A DNA stretch of 64,000 nucleotides, taken from NCBI GenBank assembly GCA_934635385.1, contig CAKTZI010000011.1, positions 20,488-84,487 on the forward strand, written 5' to 3'. The first letter of the stretch is position 1. The number at the start of each line of letters is the position of its first letter. The position numbers and the translations under genes are program-made. Below are positions 24,917 through 34,842 of the stretch, piece by piece. Source of the DNA: an uncultured Kiritimatiellota bacterium. Its GTDB lineage: Bacteria; Verrucomicrobiota; Kiritimatiellia; RFP12; UBA1067. The notes under the pieces were generated by a model. That model was given only the letters and a program-made list of their open reading frames with translations, did no database searches and was not told the origin of the DNA.

Positions 24917-25554
24917 TCGTCCTCCTTCAGATAGCGCAGAAGCTCATCGAACCGGCTGATGCGAACCGTGTAGCGGGTGTCGCCGAGCGAGCCGAAGCCG
25001 TAGGCGCAGAACGCGCTCTTCACGCCCGCGTTCGCCGCGCAGTCGAGATCCGTCCAGCTGTCGCCGACCATCCAGTCGCGGGACGAGAGGCGGTGTCCGC
25101 CGAGGCGCGCCGCACAGTCGCGGAGCGGCAAGGCGGACGGCTTCATTTCCGCGCAGTCGCCGCCCGCCACCACGGCCGAACCGAAGAGGCGGTCGAGGCC
25201 GAACTTCTCGAGGATCATCCGCGTCGCGAAATTCGGCTTGTTCGTGTTGACGCCCAGACGCCAGCCGCGCCGCGCGAGTTCCGTCAGCGTCTCGCGCACG
25301 CCGGGATAGAGCGTGACCGACTCGCAGCAGTGCTCGGCGTAGTGGCTGCGGAAGATCGCCGCAACGTCTTCGCCCGTCCGTTCGGGTATCGCGTGGTCGA
25401 GCAGGTAGCGCGCGCCACGTCCGACGAAGCCGATGACCGTCTCGACCGGCAGCTCCGCAAGCCCCAGGTCGCGCCGCGTGTGGTTGACCGTCGCCGCCAA
25501 GTCGGCCTTCGAGTCGATCAGCGTACCGTCCATGTCAAAGAAAACCGCATTCAT
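24913..25554 (-). CDS. HAD-superfamily hydrolase (phosphoglycolate phosphatase-like).
   Basis: MNAVFFDMDGTLIDS carries the DxDGT motif. NTNKP and a GDSWTDLDCA motif IV are present. Confidence 0.8.
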   Translation of the reverse strand: MNAVFFDMDGTLIDSKADLAATVNHTRRDLGLAELPVETVIGFVGRGARYLLDHAIPERTGEDVAAIFRSHYAEHCCESVTLYPGVRETLTELARRGWRLGVNTNKPNFATRMILEKFGLDRLFGSAVVAGGDCAEMKPSALPLRDCAARLGGHRLSSRDWMVGDSWTDLDCAANAGVKSAFCAYGFGSLGDTRYTVRISRFDELLRYLKEDE

Positions 25555-26111
25555 GCCCGTGTCTCCCGTTTCGAGAACTCGCAGCCGCAGTACGACTGCC
25601 GATAAAGCCCCAGTTCCGCCGCGCGGCGGACGGACAGCTTGAAGCCCTCCTTCTTCTTGAAATCAATCGTCAGGAACTGCGGCGCGCCCGGGCCGGACGC
25701 CACATCGGACATCGCCGCCTGCCCCGCCGCGAAGACGACGGCGCTCACCTTGTGCGGCGAGACGGTCAGCGACGTCGAGAACGTGTCGAGTCCGTTCGCC
25801 GCCGCGAACGCCGCCGCCTTCGCAAGGCTGTAGCGGAAGCACCGCGCACACCGCGCGCCCTTCTCCGGCGCGTCCTCGTAGCCGGCGGCGACTTCGCGCA
25901 GCCACTCGGCATGGTCATAGGGAAGCGCGGCGAAGGGGACGCCCTCGACACGCGCCAACCGCTCGGCGGCGACCCTGCGCCGCTCGAATTCCTCCGCCGT
26001 GTCGATGTTCGAGTTCGCGAAGAGCAGCGTGACGTCATACCCGACGTCCCGCAGACGCGGCACGCAGGCAGACGCGCACGGCCCGCAGCACGCATGAAGG
26101 ACAGCCGTCAT
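25551..26111 (-). CDS. queH: Epoxyqueuosine reductase QueH (DUF208).
   Basis: MTAVLHACCGPCASACVPRL...LLFANSNIDTAEEFERR...CGCEFS. The ATG at 26111 overlaps the murI stop (ATGA). The track start at 26144 is probably too far upstream. Confidence 0.8.
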   Translation of the reverse strand: MTAVLHACCGPCASACVPRLRDVGYDVTLLFANSNIDTAEEFERRRVAAERLARVEGVPFAALPYDHAEWLREVAAGYEDAPEKGARCARCFRYSLAKAAAFAAANGLDTFSTSLTVSPHKVSAVVFAAGQAAMSDVASGPGAPQFLTIDFKKKEGFKLSVRRAAELGLYRQSYCGCEFSKRETRA

Positions 26112-26788
26112 TTCATTCCTTTCAGGACACGCCGGATCTGCCACGCGACGGCGTCCGACGGATCAATCACCTCGGCGCGTCCCGCGCAGACCTTTTCGAT
26201 CACGGGCTTCAGGTGCGGAAAGTGCGTGCAGCCGAGGACGATGCGGTCGGCCCCCGCCTTCAGAAGCGGCTCGATCTTCGCACGGACGATCCGCTCGACC
26301 TCCAAACCATCCAAACCTCCCAAACCTTCCAAACCAGCCTTCTCAACTATCTCAACGAACTCGTCGGCGACGACGGCGAGCACCGTCACGTCCTGCGCAA
26401 ACCGCGCCTTCGTCTCGTTGTAAAGGCGACCGTGGAACGTGCCCGCCGTCGCGAGGACGCCGACGATGCCCGTCGCCGACTTGAGTGCGGCGGGCTTCAG
26501 CGCGGGCTCGATGCCGACGAACGGCACGTGCGGATAGTGCGCGCGCAGGTAATCGATCGCGGCGGCCGTCGCCGTGTTGCAGGCGACGACGACGAGGCCG
26601 CAGCCACGCCGCAGAAGCTCTTCGGTGTTCGCGACCGAGAGCCGGATGATATCCTCCGGCGGCCTGTTGCCGTAGGGACAGTTCTTCGAGTCGGCGAGGT
26701 ATTCCGTCGCGACGTCCGGGCAGAGCTTCTGAAACGCGCGCAGGATGCACGTGCCGCCGATGCCGCTGTCGAAAAAGCCGACCTTCAA
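26108..26788 (-). CDS. murI: Glutamate racemase.
   Basis: KVGFFDSGIGGTCIL, VVACNTATAAAIDYLR and LGCTHFPHLK. The start codon is TTG. It contains an in-frame CCAAACC repeat insertion. Confidence 0.85.
   Translation of the reverse strand: MKVGFFDSGIGGTCILRAFQKLCPDVATEYLADSKNCPYGNRPPEDIIRLSVANTEELLRRGCGLVVVACNTATAAAIDYLRAHYPHVPFVGIEPALKPAALKSATGIVGVLATAGTFHGRLYNETKARFAQDVTVLAVVADEFVEIVEKAGLEGLGGLDGLEVERIVRAKIEPLLKAGADRIVLGCTHFPHLKPVIEKVCAGRAEVIDPSDAVAWQIRRVLKGMK
26299..26339. repeat. Four tandem ~10-bp CCAAACC units inside murI.
   Basis: ctccaaaccatccaaacctcccaaaccttccaaaccagcc encodes GLEGLGGLDGLEV on the coding strand. Confidence 0.8.
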
Positions 26789-26792
26789 GACG

Positions 26793-27782
26793 TCAATTCT
26801 CGTCGCCCTTGTCGACGAGCGAATAGGTCGAGCCGTCGAAGCCGACGTCCACGCCCGCGCAGAGGAGCGCCGTCAGCTGCTCGTCCGAAAGTCCGCCGGA
26901 CGTGCGCGGCGCCAGCAGCTTCTCCGCATGCCCGTCGGCAAAGACGACGTGCGCGCACCAGCGCTTGCCGCTCTTGTGGTTGAAGGCAATCGCTTCCGCC
27001 TCGCCGCTCCAGTCGGAGTTGTAGCCCTTGCCGTTGACGTTTGCCTTGTACTGCAGCACACAGTCCGTCAGCGGATTTCCGTCGCCAACCGAATAGGAGT
27101 CCTGCTGCTTAGCGCTCATCTCGGTCGAAGGCACAGGCTCGCCGCTGATCGGCAGCTCGGCAAACAGGAGGCGGCGGTCAAGGCGCGAACTGCTGAAATG
27201 GATGCCTTCGCTGCCATCGCTCGTGCCGACGGCATCGCTTCCCTTCGTGAAGTCATAGCCAAAGGCGGCGTTCATCACATAGCTCCAACGCACCCGCACA
27301 TTCTTCTTGCCGGCGCGAAGGACATGCTCCGGGCACGTGTAGACCGCGCGTTCGCGACCAACAGCCGTCCACATCTTGCCGTTCGAGAGCGCGAAGTCTC
27401 CGTCTTCGTCCTGTCCGTTCGGACTGCAATAGGCACCGGGATTGTCGCAGTTGACGAAACTCGTCGGCTTCGAGCGCCCGCGCGTCCGCGTCCCATACTC
27501 GTCGTTCTTCGACAGCCAGCTGATCCAGCCGACCCTTTCGGTGTAGACGGTCTTTCCCTCGCTGTTGGCGCCGACCGTCGCATGGCTGCCGGCGTAAGGG
27601 AAGTAGCTTGTCTTCGATGCGACGCTGATCGCGCCCTGCGCCAGGTTGCGCATGTTCGAGAGGCATTTCGCCGCACGCGCCGATTCGGTCCCGCCGGAGA
27701 AGCTCGTGAGCAGAACGCCGGACAAGACGCCGATGATGGCAATGACGATGAGAAGTTCAATCAAGGAGAACGCTTTTTTCAT
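26793..27782 (-). CDS. Prepilin-type N-terminal cleavage/methylation protein, DUF1559 / H-X9-DG-like.
   Basis: MKKAFSLIELLIVIAIIGVLSGVLL. The C-terminus HVVFADGHAEKL is the DG-motif region. Confidence 0.8.
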   Translation of the reverse strand: MKKAFSLIELLIVIAIIGVLSGVLLTSFSGGTESARAAKCLSNMRNLAQGAISVASKTSYFPYAGSHATVGANSEGKTVYTERVGWISWLSKNDEYGTRTRGRSKPTSFVNCDNPGAYCSPNGQDEDGDFALSNGKMWTAVGRERAVYTCPEHVLRAGKKNVRVRWSYVMNAAFGYDFTKGSDAVGTSDGSEGIHFSSSRLDRRLLFAELPISGEPVPSTEMSAKQQDSYSVGDGNPLTDCVLQYKANVNGKGYNSDWSGEAEAIAFNHKSGKRWCAHVVFADGHAEKLLAPRTSGGLSDEQLTALLCAGVDVGFDGSTYSLVDKGDEN

Positions 27783-27791
27783 GTCTGGTCC

Positions 27792-30700
27792 TTATTCCTC
27801 AAACTGGTGGTAGAAGAGGACGCGGGTGCGATGGGGTGGACAGTTTTCCCTGACGTCCTTGATGTCCGAACGAACCGAGTCGCCCGTGCCGTCCGCGAGC
27901 GCCTGCCGCGTCTTGCGCTCACCCGACTGATAGCTCGGCACGGCCGGATCGCGCCAGACCAGCGCCACGGCCCGTCCGCCGAGCTGCGAGGACGGCATGG
28001 CCTTGCCGACGCTGCCGCCCGACGTCGACATCGGCTCGGCGCGCACGAACACGAGGAATAGCTGCTGGCGGTTCTCGAAGCATTCGCGCCAAAACGAGTA
28101 GAGGAACTTGCGGTCAACCTGATGGAGCGGGCTTTCACTCGCCGCCTCAAGGGGGTTGATACCCATGAACGCCTTGTTCTCGTCGTTCTTCTGGTTCGAG
28201 TCCAGCAGCTGCCATTCCATCTGGTCGAAGCCGCCCACCCAGTCGGCGACGACCGTCGCGTCCGAACTCTTCGCCCGCTCGCCGAAGACGCTGCGGAACT
28301 TATCCATGATCGACAGGAGGTCTTCCGCGCTCATCTTCGCGAGCGGGGCCTCGCCGAACGAGCATTGGCTGAGGCTCTTGCCCAGGTCCAGAGAATCGAT
28401 GAACTCGTTTTTCTTTCCGCCGTCCTGCCGCTGATTGCCGTTCGTCGAGGCGACATAGTAGTCGAACGGCGTCCCCACAAGCGCGGCGGAGAGGACGCGA
28501 TCATCGTCCGAATACGGGTTCACCTTGAAGTCGCCGACGCCCGCCTGGAAGCGAATCTCCCGCCCCTGATACGGCATGGCATAGATCGGATCCGTGCCGT
28601 CTCCGTTGTCATAGGCCGTATACGTGCGCCAGAAGCGGCCACCGTTGGCAAAGCTGCCGCCACTCGCGCTCGTCCTGTTCGCGAAACTGCCCCCGTTGAA
28701 ATCCGGCGAATAGTCGCCGCTCAAAAAGTTTTCGTTCCCTTCCATCAGGCCCATGACCGGCAGGAACTGGAGTTCGCCGATTGCCTGCAGATACTCCTGG
28801 TCGGAAACGAACATGAAGATGTCGCGATCGCGCCCGTTCTGTCCGAGAAGCGGGAAAATCTCACCCGTCCATTCGCTCTTCGACACCGCCGTGTTGGCGT
28901 TCTTCGCGAACCAGTCCTCCGGCGCAAAGTTGTAGCGCGGATCGACGGCATAGAGCGTCTTCCACAGGGAGTAAGACGCCGGAGCCTTCAAGTCGTCGGC
29001 AATCTTCTCCGTGAAAGTGACGTCGTAGTCGGCGCAAAAGCTGAGCAGCGGCGTCCCGTCGCCGCACTTGCGTGCCATGACGCCCTGCGGCACCGATCCG
29101 CTTGCATTCAAAAACTCCATGTCGTCCTTGTACGAAGCCGGCGCCATGTCCACGACGTTCCCATTTCCATCCATGACCTGCAGCCAAACAGCCGCATAGA
29201 GCTTATACGTGCCCGTGAAACCTGCAAACGAGTCGGAAAGGGCGGCCGCGCCGAGGTTCGCCGTATCCGTCATGAAATCAGCCTGAGGCTTCGCCGTAAG
29301 CTTATTCCACGTTCCATCGACGTTTCCGTCAGCCGTCAACGGACGGAACGTCGCGTCGTTCAGCTTGAGACCATCCAGCGTGAGGTAGGTCTTGTTGTTC
29401 TCGAAGCCATCCGGGCCCTTGCCGTTCGTGCATTCCTCGGTCACGACATACATGATCGGCATGTCAATCTCATTGCAGTCGAACGTCAGTTTCACCGAGT
29501 CGTCAATCGCGTCCTGGGTCTTCTCGATGTCCTTGTTGAAGGCGGATCCGGGGCTCGGTGACGCCGCCTCGCAAAAGAACGAGGCCACGCCATTCCGTAC
29601 GCGGCTCCCGCTCTGCCAGGCGTTTTGTTCCTGCTGCGACGGGTAGAGGTTGTTATTGCTGTCCGCCGGACGACAGCCCATGTTCGCCGGCGCAGCGAAG
29701 ACGCGCAGAACACCGCGCAACTTGAAATTCGAGTCGAATCGATCTGTTGTCTTCATGCGCTTGAAGGGATACGCCATCAGCACCTGCGTCTGCACGCGGT
29801 TGCCAAAGCCCGTAAACGTCAGCTTCGACCACGAACGCTTGATCTTCCATTTCTCTGGCTGAGAAGGGTCTTCCGGATCATAGTTCGGGTTGGGGATTTC
29901 AATGTCCAGGCTACCATTGTCGCGTGACTCGATTTCGGGCTGAAGCTGCGCCGGACAGCTGACGCCCGTAACCATCGGCACGGCCTCCACCGTCGGCAAG
30001 GCGAGGGAGATTGGCTTCTGGTCGCTGTCGAGGTAATCGTAGAGCGCGACCAGTCCAAGGCCGAGGTTCTTCTCGAAGATGTCACCGACATTGTCCTGCG
30101 TGTTGCGGCTCGTCAGCACCTGAGACCAATCCCTCGCGTCAAAATTCAGGAACGGCTGATGCGCACCGGCAAGATCGTAGGTGACGGATGCCGCAGACGT
30201 GCCCGACGAGCCAGAGGTGGAGGCGACCGACGTCGCGGCCGGGAACCACGTGTCGGTGATGAACAGCGCGTTCGCGGCATTGGCATCGCCGTTCTTCAGC
30301 AGTTTCGTCGATGTCTTGCCGATGTAGTTCATGAACGGCGTAAAGCCCGACGTTCCCGCGAGCAGATTGAAGTCGGCCAGCGACACGAACGGCGTATCGT
30401 AGCCGCTTGACGACCACTTCTGCTGCAGCGTGTCGAGCGTCGTCGCCATCCCCGTGTTGATGTCAAACGGGTCGCCCGCCGTCTGCGAACAGAGCGGCGC
30501 AAGCGTGATGCGGTTCGGGCCGGAGTCGCGCGGAGCGTCCGCGCGCAGGCGGTTCACGTCGAAGAGGTCGGAGACGTTGACCGCCGTGTAGGCATAGCGC
30601 CCCGCCTCATAGGGCAGCGAACGCCAGGCCGCCGTGCGCGTATAGCGGGAGAACTTGCGCACGTCGTCGATGAGCGCAGGCGGCAGGTAGGCGAGCGCCT

Positions 30701-31097
30701 CCAGCGTCAGCGTCGGCACCGTCGCCTCGGCATACTTCGTCGGGCCGAATGGCATGAACACGCGGCGGAACCAGAAGTCGCCGTCCGTATTGGCTTGGTC
30801 GTCACGCTTGTAGCCGCAGCCCGGATACGGATCGTCGTAGATGCCGTAGAAGCCCTTGCGGACATCCGTCTCGGACATCTCGTACTTGCCCCAGTTCTCG
30901 TCGTCGTTGTAGGCGCCGTCCAGCTCGTCGATCGCCCGCGCCAGCGCGGCACGCACCAGGTAGCGCGCCGCGATGTTGCGCCGGAGATAGCTCGACGGCA
31001 GTCGGCTCTGGCGCATGTAAATCGAGAAACTCACGGCGGAAACCACCATGAACGACAGAAGACCAAGCACGATCAACAGTGCAGAACCTTTTCTCAT
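27792..31097 (-). CDS. Giant GspK-like minor pseudopilin (1101 aa), comparable to Verru_Chthon cassette protein A-type proteins.
   Basis: MRKGSALLIVLGLLSFMVVSAVSFSIYMRQSRLPSSYLRRNIAARYLVRAALARAIDELDG is a GspK-type N-terminus. The ATG at 31097 overlaps the stop of the gspG-like gene (ATGA). The track ORF is extended to 31343. Confidence 0.7.
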   Translation of the reverse strand: MRKGSALLIVLGLLSFMVVSAVSFSIYMRQSRLPSSYLRRNIAARYLVRAALARAIDELDGAYNDDENWGKYEMSETDVRKGFYGIYDDPYPGCGYKRDDQANTDGDFWFRRVFMPFGPTKYAEATVPTLTLEALAYLPPALIDDVRKFSRYTRTAAWRSLPYEAGRYAYTAVNVSDLFDVNRLRADAPRDSGPNRITLAPLCSQTAGDPFDINTGMATTLDTLQQKWSSSGYDTPFVSLADFNLLAGTSGFTPFMNYIGKTSTKLLKNGDANAANALFITDTWFPAATSVASTSGSSGTSAASVTYDLAGAHQPFLNFDARDWSQVLTSRNTQDNVGDIFEKNLGLGLVALYDYLDSDQKPISLALPTVEAVPMVTGVSCPAQLQPEIESRDNGSLDIEIPNPNYDPEDPSQPEKWKIKRSWSKLTFTGFGNRVQTQVLMAYPFKRMKTTDRFDSNFKLRGVLRVFAAPANMGCRPADSNNNLYPSQQEQNAWQSGSRVRNGVASFFCEAASPSPGSAFNKDIEKTQDAIDDSVKLTFDCNEIDMPIMYVVTEECTNGKGPDGFENNKTYLTLDGLKLNDATFRPLTADGNVDGTWNKLTAKPQADFMTDTANLGAAALSDSFAGFTGTYKLYAAVWLQVMDGNGNVVDMAPASYKDDMEFLNASGSVPQGVMARKCGDGTPLLSFCADYDVTFTEKIADDLKAPASYSLWKTLYAVDPRYNFAPEDWFAKNANTAVSKSEWTGEIFPLLGQNGRDRDIFMFVSDQEYLQAIGELQFLPVMGLMEGNENFLSGDYSPDFNGGSFANRTSASGGSFANGGRFWRTYTAYDNGDGTDPIYAMPYQGREIRFQAGVGDFKVNPYSDDDRVLSAALVGTPFDYYVASTNGNQRQDGGKKNEFIDSLDLGKSLSQCSFGEAPLAKMSAEDLLSIMDKFRSVFGERAKSSDATVVADWVGGFDQMEWQLLDSNQKNDENKAFMGINPLEAASESPLHQVDRKFLYSFWRECFENRQQLFLVFVRAEPMSTSGGSVGKAMPSSQLGGRAVALVWRDPAVPSYQSGERKTRQALADGTGDSVRSDIKDVRENCPPHRTRVLFYHQFEE

Positions 31098-31552
31098 TGA
31101 CGCTCCTCGTCCGTCAGCCGGTAGAAGTTTGGCAGGTTGGGGGCGCGCGTGAACGTGGTCGATCCCGACGTCTCGCTCTCGCCATTCAACTTGCGGATGC
31201 AAAACCTGTACGTCTGTCCCCACGGATCGACGACCTGTCCGCCGCGCAGCTGGGCGTTGTAGAGAACCGGCACGTCGTCGCCGCTTTCGGACTTCTCGTT
31301 GCCGAGAATCATGCCGAGGTTGCCCTCGGTCGCGTCTTTCCATCCGCCGGTGTCATAGTCCACCAGCGAACGGTTCTTGGCATAGTTGCGGAAGCCAAGA
31401 ATCGCGTTCGTGATCTCCTTCGCGTCCTGCGTCGCCTTGGCGATCTTCGCGCGCCGCCGCGCCTGGCCCATGCTCGACCCGACAGCTCCGACGAGAACCG
31501 CGATCATCCCGATCACGACAAGAAGCTCCAACAGCGTAAAGGCCCGTCTCAT
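31094..31552 (-). CDS. GspG-like (major-type) pseudopilin.
   Basis: MRRAFTLLELLVVIGMIAVLVG, plus a DPWGQTYRF motif (DPWGxxY, typical of GspG). Confidence 0.75.
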   Translation of the reverse strand: MRRAFTLLELLVVIGMIAVLVGAVGSSMGQARRRAKIAKATQDAKEITNAILGFRNYAKNRSLVDYDTGGWKDATEGNLGMILGNEKSESGDDVPVLYNAQLRGGQVVDPWGQTYRFCIRKLNGESETSGSTTFTRAPNLPNFYRLTDEERQ

Positions 31553-32064
31553 CAGTTCACCTCCTCCGGGAACGTGTTGACGTCATCCGACGTGCCCCAC
31601 TTCCGGTCCGGGCCGGCGCTCCACACGCCGACCACGACCCCGCCTTCGCGGTTCGGGTGGCGCGCGCTCGACCCCGACGTCTGCGCCGTGCCGTTCAGCG
31701 CGCTCCTGATGTCCGTCACCTTCGTGGACACCTGCCCCCAGTTCACGGTGTCGAACGCGCGCTTGCCCTGGCGCAGCGTGTTGACCGAGCCTTTCTGCCA
31801 GATCGAGACCGTGCGGTACTGAAGGTCGCGATTGTCCGAACTGCCGCCGTGCGCGTTCTTCTGGGTGATGCCGGGCAGAAGGTCGTCCTCCACGTCATGG
31901 TAGGTGCCGAGCGACATCCGCTCCTCGCTCAGGTCCGAAACGCTCGCCAGCCCCGACGTCCAGGCGACGGACGACTGGTTGAAGAGCATCGTCAGGATCG
32001 TCACGAGCATCGACAAGAGCAGCGACGCCACGAGAAGCTCAAGTATGGTAAAGCCGCGTTTCAC
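31552..32064 (-). CDS. Pseudopilin, GspJ-like.
   Basis: KRGFTILELLVASLLLSMLVTILTMLF. GTG start overlapping the upstream stop (GTGA). Confidence 0.65.
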   Translation of the reverse strand: MKRGFTILELLVASLLLSMLVTILTMLFNQSSVAWTSGLASVSDLSEERMSLGTYHDVEDDLLPGITQKNAHGGSSDNRDLQYRTVSIWQKGSVNTLRQGKRAFDTVNWGQVSTKVTDIRSALNGTAQTSGSSARHPNREGGVVVGVWSAGPDRKWGTSDDVNTFPEEVN

Positions 32065-32651
32065 TTGTCATCCCTCCCCTGATAGCGGACCTCCGTATAG
32101 TAGACGGGCTGGCTCATCAGGGCGTCCCGCCGACGCGCAGCCCGGAACGCGAGCGAAATGGTCGCCCCCTTGCGCGTCGCCACCAGTCCGTAGAAATACT
32201 CGCTCGGCAAGGCCGACGGCCACGTGATCGACAGGCTCGGGCTGCCGTCCATCTGGGCCCCGGCAATTTCCTGAAACGCCTGCTTGGCCTTCGCCGTGCA
32301 GCCGGAATCGACACGGTAAAGCCCGGAGGCGTCGGAGCCGACCTTCTGGACGTAATCCGCCCAGCCCTTGCCGCTTTGCGTGATGCCGTCGCAGACCTTG
32401 GAACCTTCGCCCTGCGGTTCGCTGCCGATCGACGTCCAGCCCTGCCACGTCAGGTTGGTCGCCGACAGCTTCGCGACAAGCGGCGCGAAGACCGCATCCG
32501 CATAGCCGGCGACGGCCACGTCCTCCGTCGACTGGCGGCTTTCGCGCATGCCAAGCGAATAGAGGGACACCATCGCGAGGACGCCCGTCGCCATGATGAA
32601 GATGGCGAGGTTGACCTCGATGAGCGTAAAGCCCTTTTTCACAGCCGTCAT
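32061..32651 (-). CDS. Pseudopilin, GspI-like.
   Basis: MTAVKKGFTLIEVNLAIFIMATGVLAMVSLY. ATGA overlap. Confidence 0.65.
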   Translation of the reverse strand: MTAVKKGFTLIEVNLAIFIMATGVLAMVSLYSLGMRESRQSTEDVAVAGYADAVFAPLVAKLSATNLTWQGWTSIGSEPQGEGSKVCDGITQSGKGWADYVQKVGSDASGLYRVDSGCTAKAKQAFQEIAGAQMDGSPSLSITWPSALPSEYFYGLVATRKGATISLAFRAARRRDALMSQPVYYTEVRYQGRDDK

Positions 32652-33559
32652 ATCGTCGCATCCTCCTTGCTCGTCGCCGTGCCGGCCTTGTGGTCAGGCT
32701 TGGGGTTGCCGCCGGAATCCGGGCGGCAGAAATACACGTCGATCGATTTGTCGCTATCCGGCGAATCCGGGTCGAAATAAAGCGCCTTGACGAAGCTGAC
32801 GTCGCCGACTTGGCTCGGCACGTTCCCGCTGCCGAACGTGAAGTCGTTCGGCAGAGAGACGGTCGCGAACTCGAAGCCATAGCCGTCGCCGACCGTCCAC
32901 TGGGACGGTTCGTACGCGCTCGTCCCCTTGTTGACGAACGCATAGACCCGGATGTTCAGCTCGCCCTCCCCGGACTCGGATCGCGCAAACTTGAAGTCCT
33001 GCATATCCTCCGGGCCGGAGATGGTCTGGCCGGAAGCCGTCTGGCTCGACTCGTCCGCATTGTTGGCCCACCCGCGATACGTCGTGCCGTTGACGTCGAG
33101 CATCAGCACCGCATCGGCGACGACCGAATACTTCATGGCGCTGATCTGATTGTCGTCAAAGCGCCAGAGCTTCATGCCCTTGCCCTCCTTGGCCTCGTTC
33201 TCGTCCGTCACCACGTCGTAGCTGTTGGCGAGGTCGGCGAACTCGTCGGCGATGAGGTCGCCCTGTGCCCTCGTCACGCGCCCCGCGCGGCGCACCGCGA
33301 CCGCCTCGCCGACGACGATGGCGTTCTCGTCATCCGTCGCCGCGCGCACGAGCCGGTTGTAGCAATAGACCACGGTCGGCGAGCGGTCGATCATCGCCCG
33401 TTCCTTTGCCGCCTGGAGGAGGGATGTCACGACCGCCGTCGCGCCGCGCTCCGACATGCCGCGCTGCAGCGCGTTATAGCCGCTGACCGCCGCGACGCCG
33501 AGGAACGACATGATCCCCACGACGACCATCAGCTCCATCAATGTGAACGCTTTTCTCAT
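32648..33559 (-). CDS. Pseudopilin, GspH/FimT-like.
   Basis: MRKAFTLMELMVVVGIMSFLGVAAVSGYNALQRG...LLQAAKERAMIDRSPTVV. Confidence 0.65.
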   Translation of the reverse strand: MRKAFTLMELMVVVGIMSFLGVAAVSGYNALQRGMSERGATAVVTSLLQAAKERAMIDRSPTVVYCYNRLVRAATDDENAIVVGEAVAVRRAGRVTRAQGDLIADEFADLANSYDVVTDENEAKEGKGMKLWRFDDNQISAMKYSVVADAVLMLDVNGTTYRGWANNADESSQTASGQTISGPEDMQDFKFARSESGEGELNIRVYAFVNKGTSAYEPSQWTVGDGYGFEFATVSLPNDFTFGSGNVPSQVGDVSFVKALYFDPDSPDSDKSIDVYFCRPDSGGNPKPDHKAGTATSKEDATI

Positions 33560-33562
33560 CGC

Positions 33563-34195
33563 TCATTCCCAGTCTTCGGGATACTGCCTGCCCGGATTCT
33601 GCCGCGACACGCTTACGGAATCGGTGCGCCCGTTGTAGGTGATCCAGAACCGGCAGAACTTGCCGGCCCGCGTGCCCTGATAGCCGAACGCCATGTCGTT
33701 GACCGAGAGGCGGTTCTTCGCCCCCGCGCGCGTCGCCGACGCGAAGTCCTGACCGTTGACGCAGTGCTTGTCGCCGCAGTAGGAGTCGTACGTCTTGTCG
33801 TCGTGGTTGTCGTAGCATCCCTCGTTGTTGTTCTTCACCTTGTTCGCCTCCGCGACGAACAGCGCCTGCGCGTCCACGAGCTGCATCGTCGCGCCCGAAC
33901 CGACCGACTTCTTGACAATCTCGCGGAACACGCTGTCGGCTTCGCTGGCCGTCAGCGTGACCGTCTCCTTCTCGCCCATGTTCTGCGCATGGGCCTCGAT
34001 CGCCGACGGCCATTCGCCCTTCTGCGCATAGTAGGACGAAATCGCCTGGCTGAGGACGCTGGCCATCGCGGACGCGCGCTTGGCGCGCCCGTTGCGGATG
34101 GAGCCGACCGTCGCCGTCGAGACAATGCCCAGCAGGATGCCGATGATGGCCACGACGACCAGCAGCTCGACAATCGTAAAACCCTTCTTCATCAT
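33563..34195 (-). CDS. Prepilin-type N-terminal protein (pseudopilin).
   Basis: MMKKGFTIVELLVVVAIIGILLGIV. A GGGAGG Shine-Dalgarno sequence is upstream. The track ORF is extended to 34291. Confidence 0.7.
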   Translation of the reverse strand: MMKKGFTIVELLVVVAIIGILLGIVSTATVGSIRNGRAKRASAMASVLSQAISSYYAQKGEWPSAIEAHAQNMGEKETVTLTASEADSVFREIVKKSVGSGATMQLVDAQALFVAEANKVKNNNEGCYDNHDDKTYDSYCGDKHCVNGQDFASATRAGAKNRLSVNDMAFGYQGTRAGKFCRFWITYNGRTDSVSVSRQNPGRQYPEDWE

Positions 34196-34208
34196 TTCGC
34201 CTCCCTGA

Positions 34209-34829
34209 TTATTCCTTGACCTGTTCACGGCCCCAGCTGTAGATGTCGTCCTTGCGAAGGCCAACCTTGTACTTCTCGAACTTGCCGTCATAGCCGGCGC
34301 ACCAGACCGCGACCGACCCGCGAATCGTGACGGACTCGCCCTCGACGTTCGCCGTCACGAAGCCGCGCCCGTCCGTATCGACGGCGTAGCGCAGGCGATG
34401 CGTCTTGATCGTGCCGCCGGACGGGACTTTCGTTCCCTCGCTCACGCCCTGCCCCTTCATGCGGCGAATCACGTCCTGCGCCCACGGCGAGACGACGCCG
34501 CACTGGTCAAGGGCCGTCGTCTCCTTCTTCGTGTCGTCATACGAAAGCGAAAGACCGTTGTGCTTGGCGATCGTGTAGGCGATCTTCTCGTCGATGCCGT
34601 TTTCGTTGTTGCTGCCGGTGAGAATTCGGCGTGGCCACGAACCCTCTTCCTGGTAGATCTTCTCAAGGGCGGTGGCCACGTTGTGCACGAGTTCCTGTCC
34701 TTTCGCCTTCTGCGCCTTCTTCGTCGATGACGTGAACGCCGCCAGGCTGGCGCCGATCAGCACCGCGAGAATGCCGAGAACCACCAGCATTTCAATGAGG
34801 GTAAAGCCCTTTCTCCCGTTGTTCATCAT
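34209..34829 (-). CDS. Prepilin-type N-terminal protein (pseudopilin).
   Basis: MMNNGRKGFTLIEMLVVLGILAVLIGASLAAF. Confidence 0.7.
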   Translation of the reverse strand: MMNNGRKGFTLIEMLVVLGILAVLIGASLAAFTSSTKKAQKAKGQELVHNVATALEKIYQEEGSWPRRILTGSNNENGIDEKIAYTIAKHNGLSLSYDDTKKETTALDQCGVVSPWAQDVIRRMKGQGVSEGTKVPSGGTIKTHRLRYAVDTDGRGFVTANVEGESVTIRGSVAVWCAGYDGKFEKYKVGLRKDDIYSWGREQVKE

Positions 34830-34842
34830 TCTTCTGCCTTTC

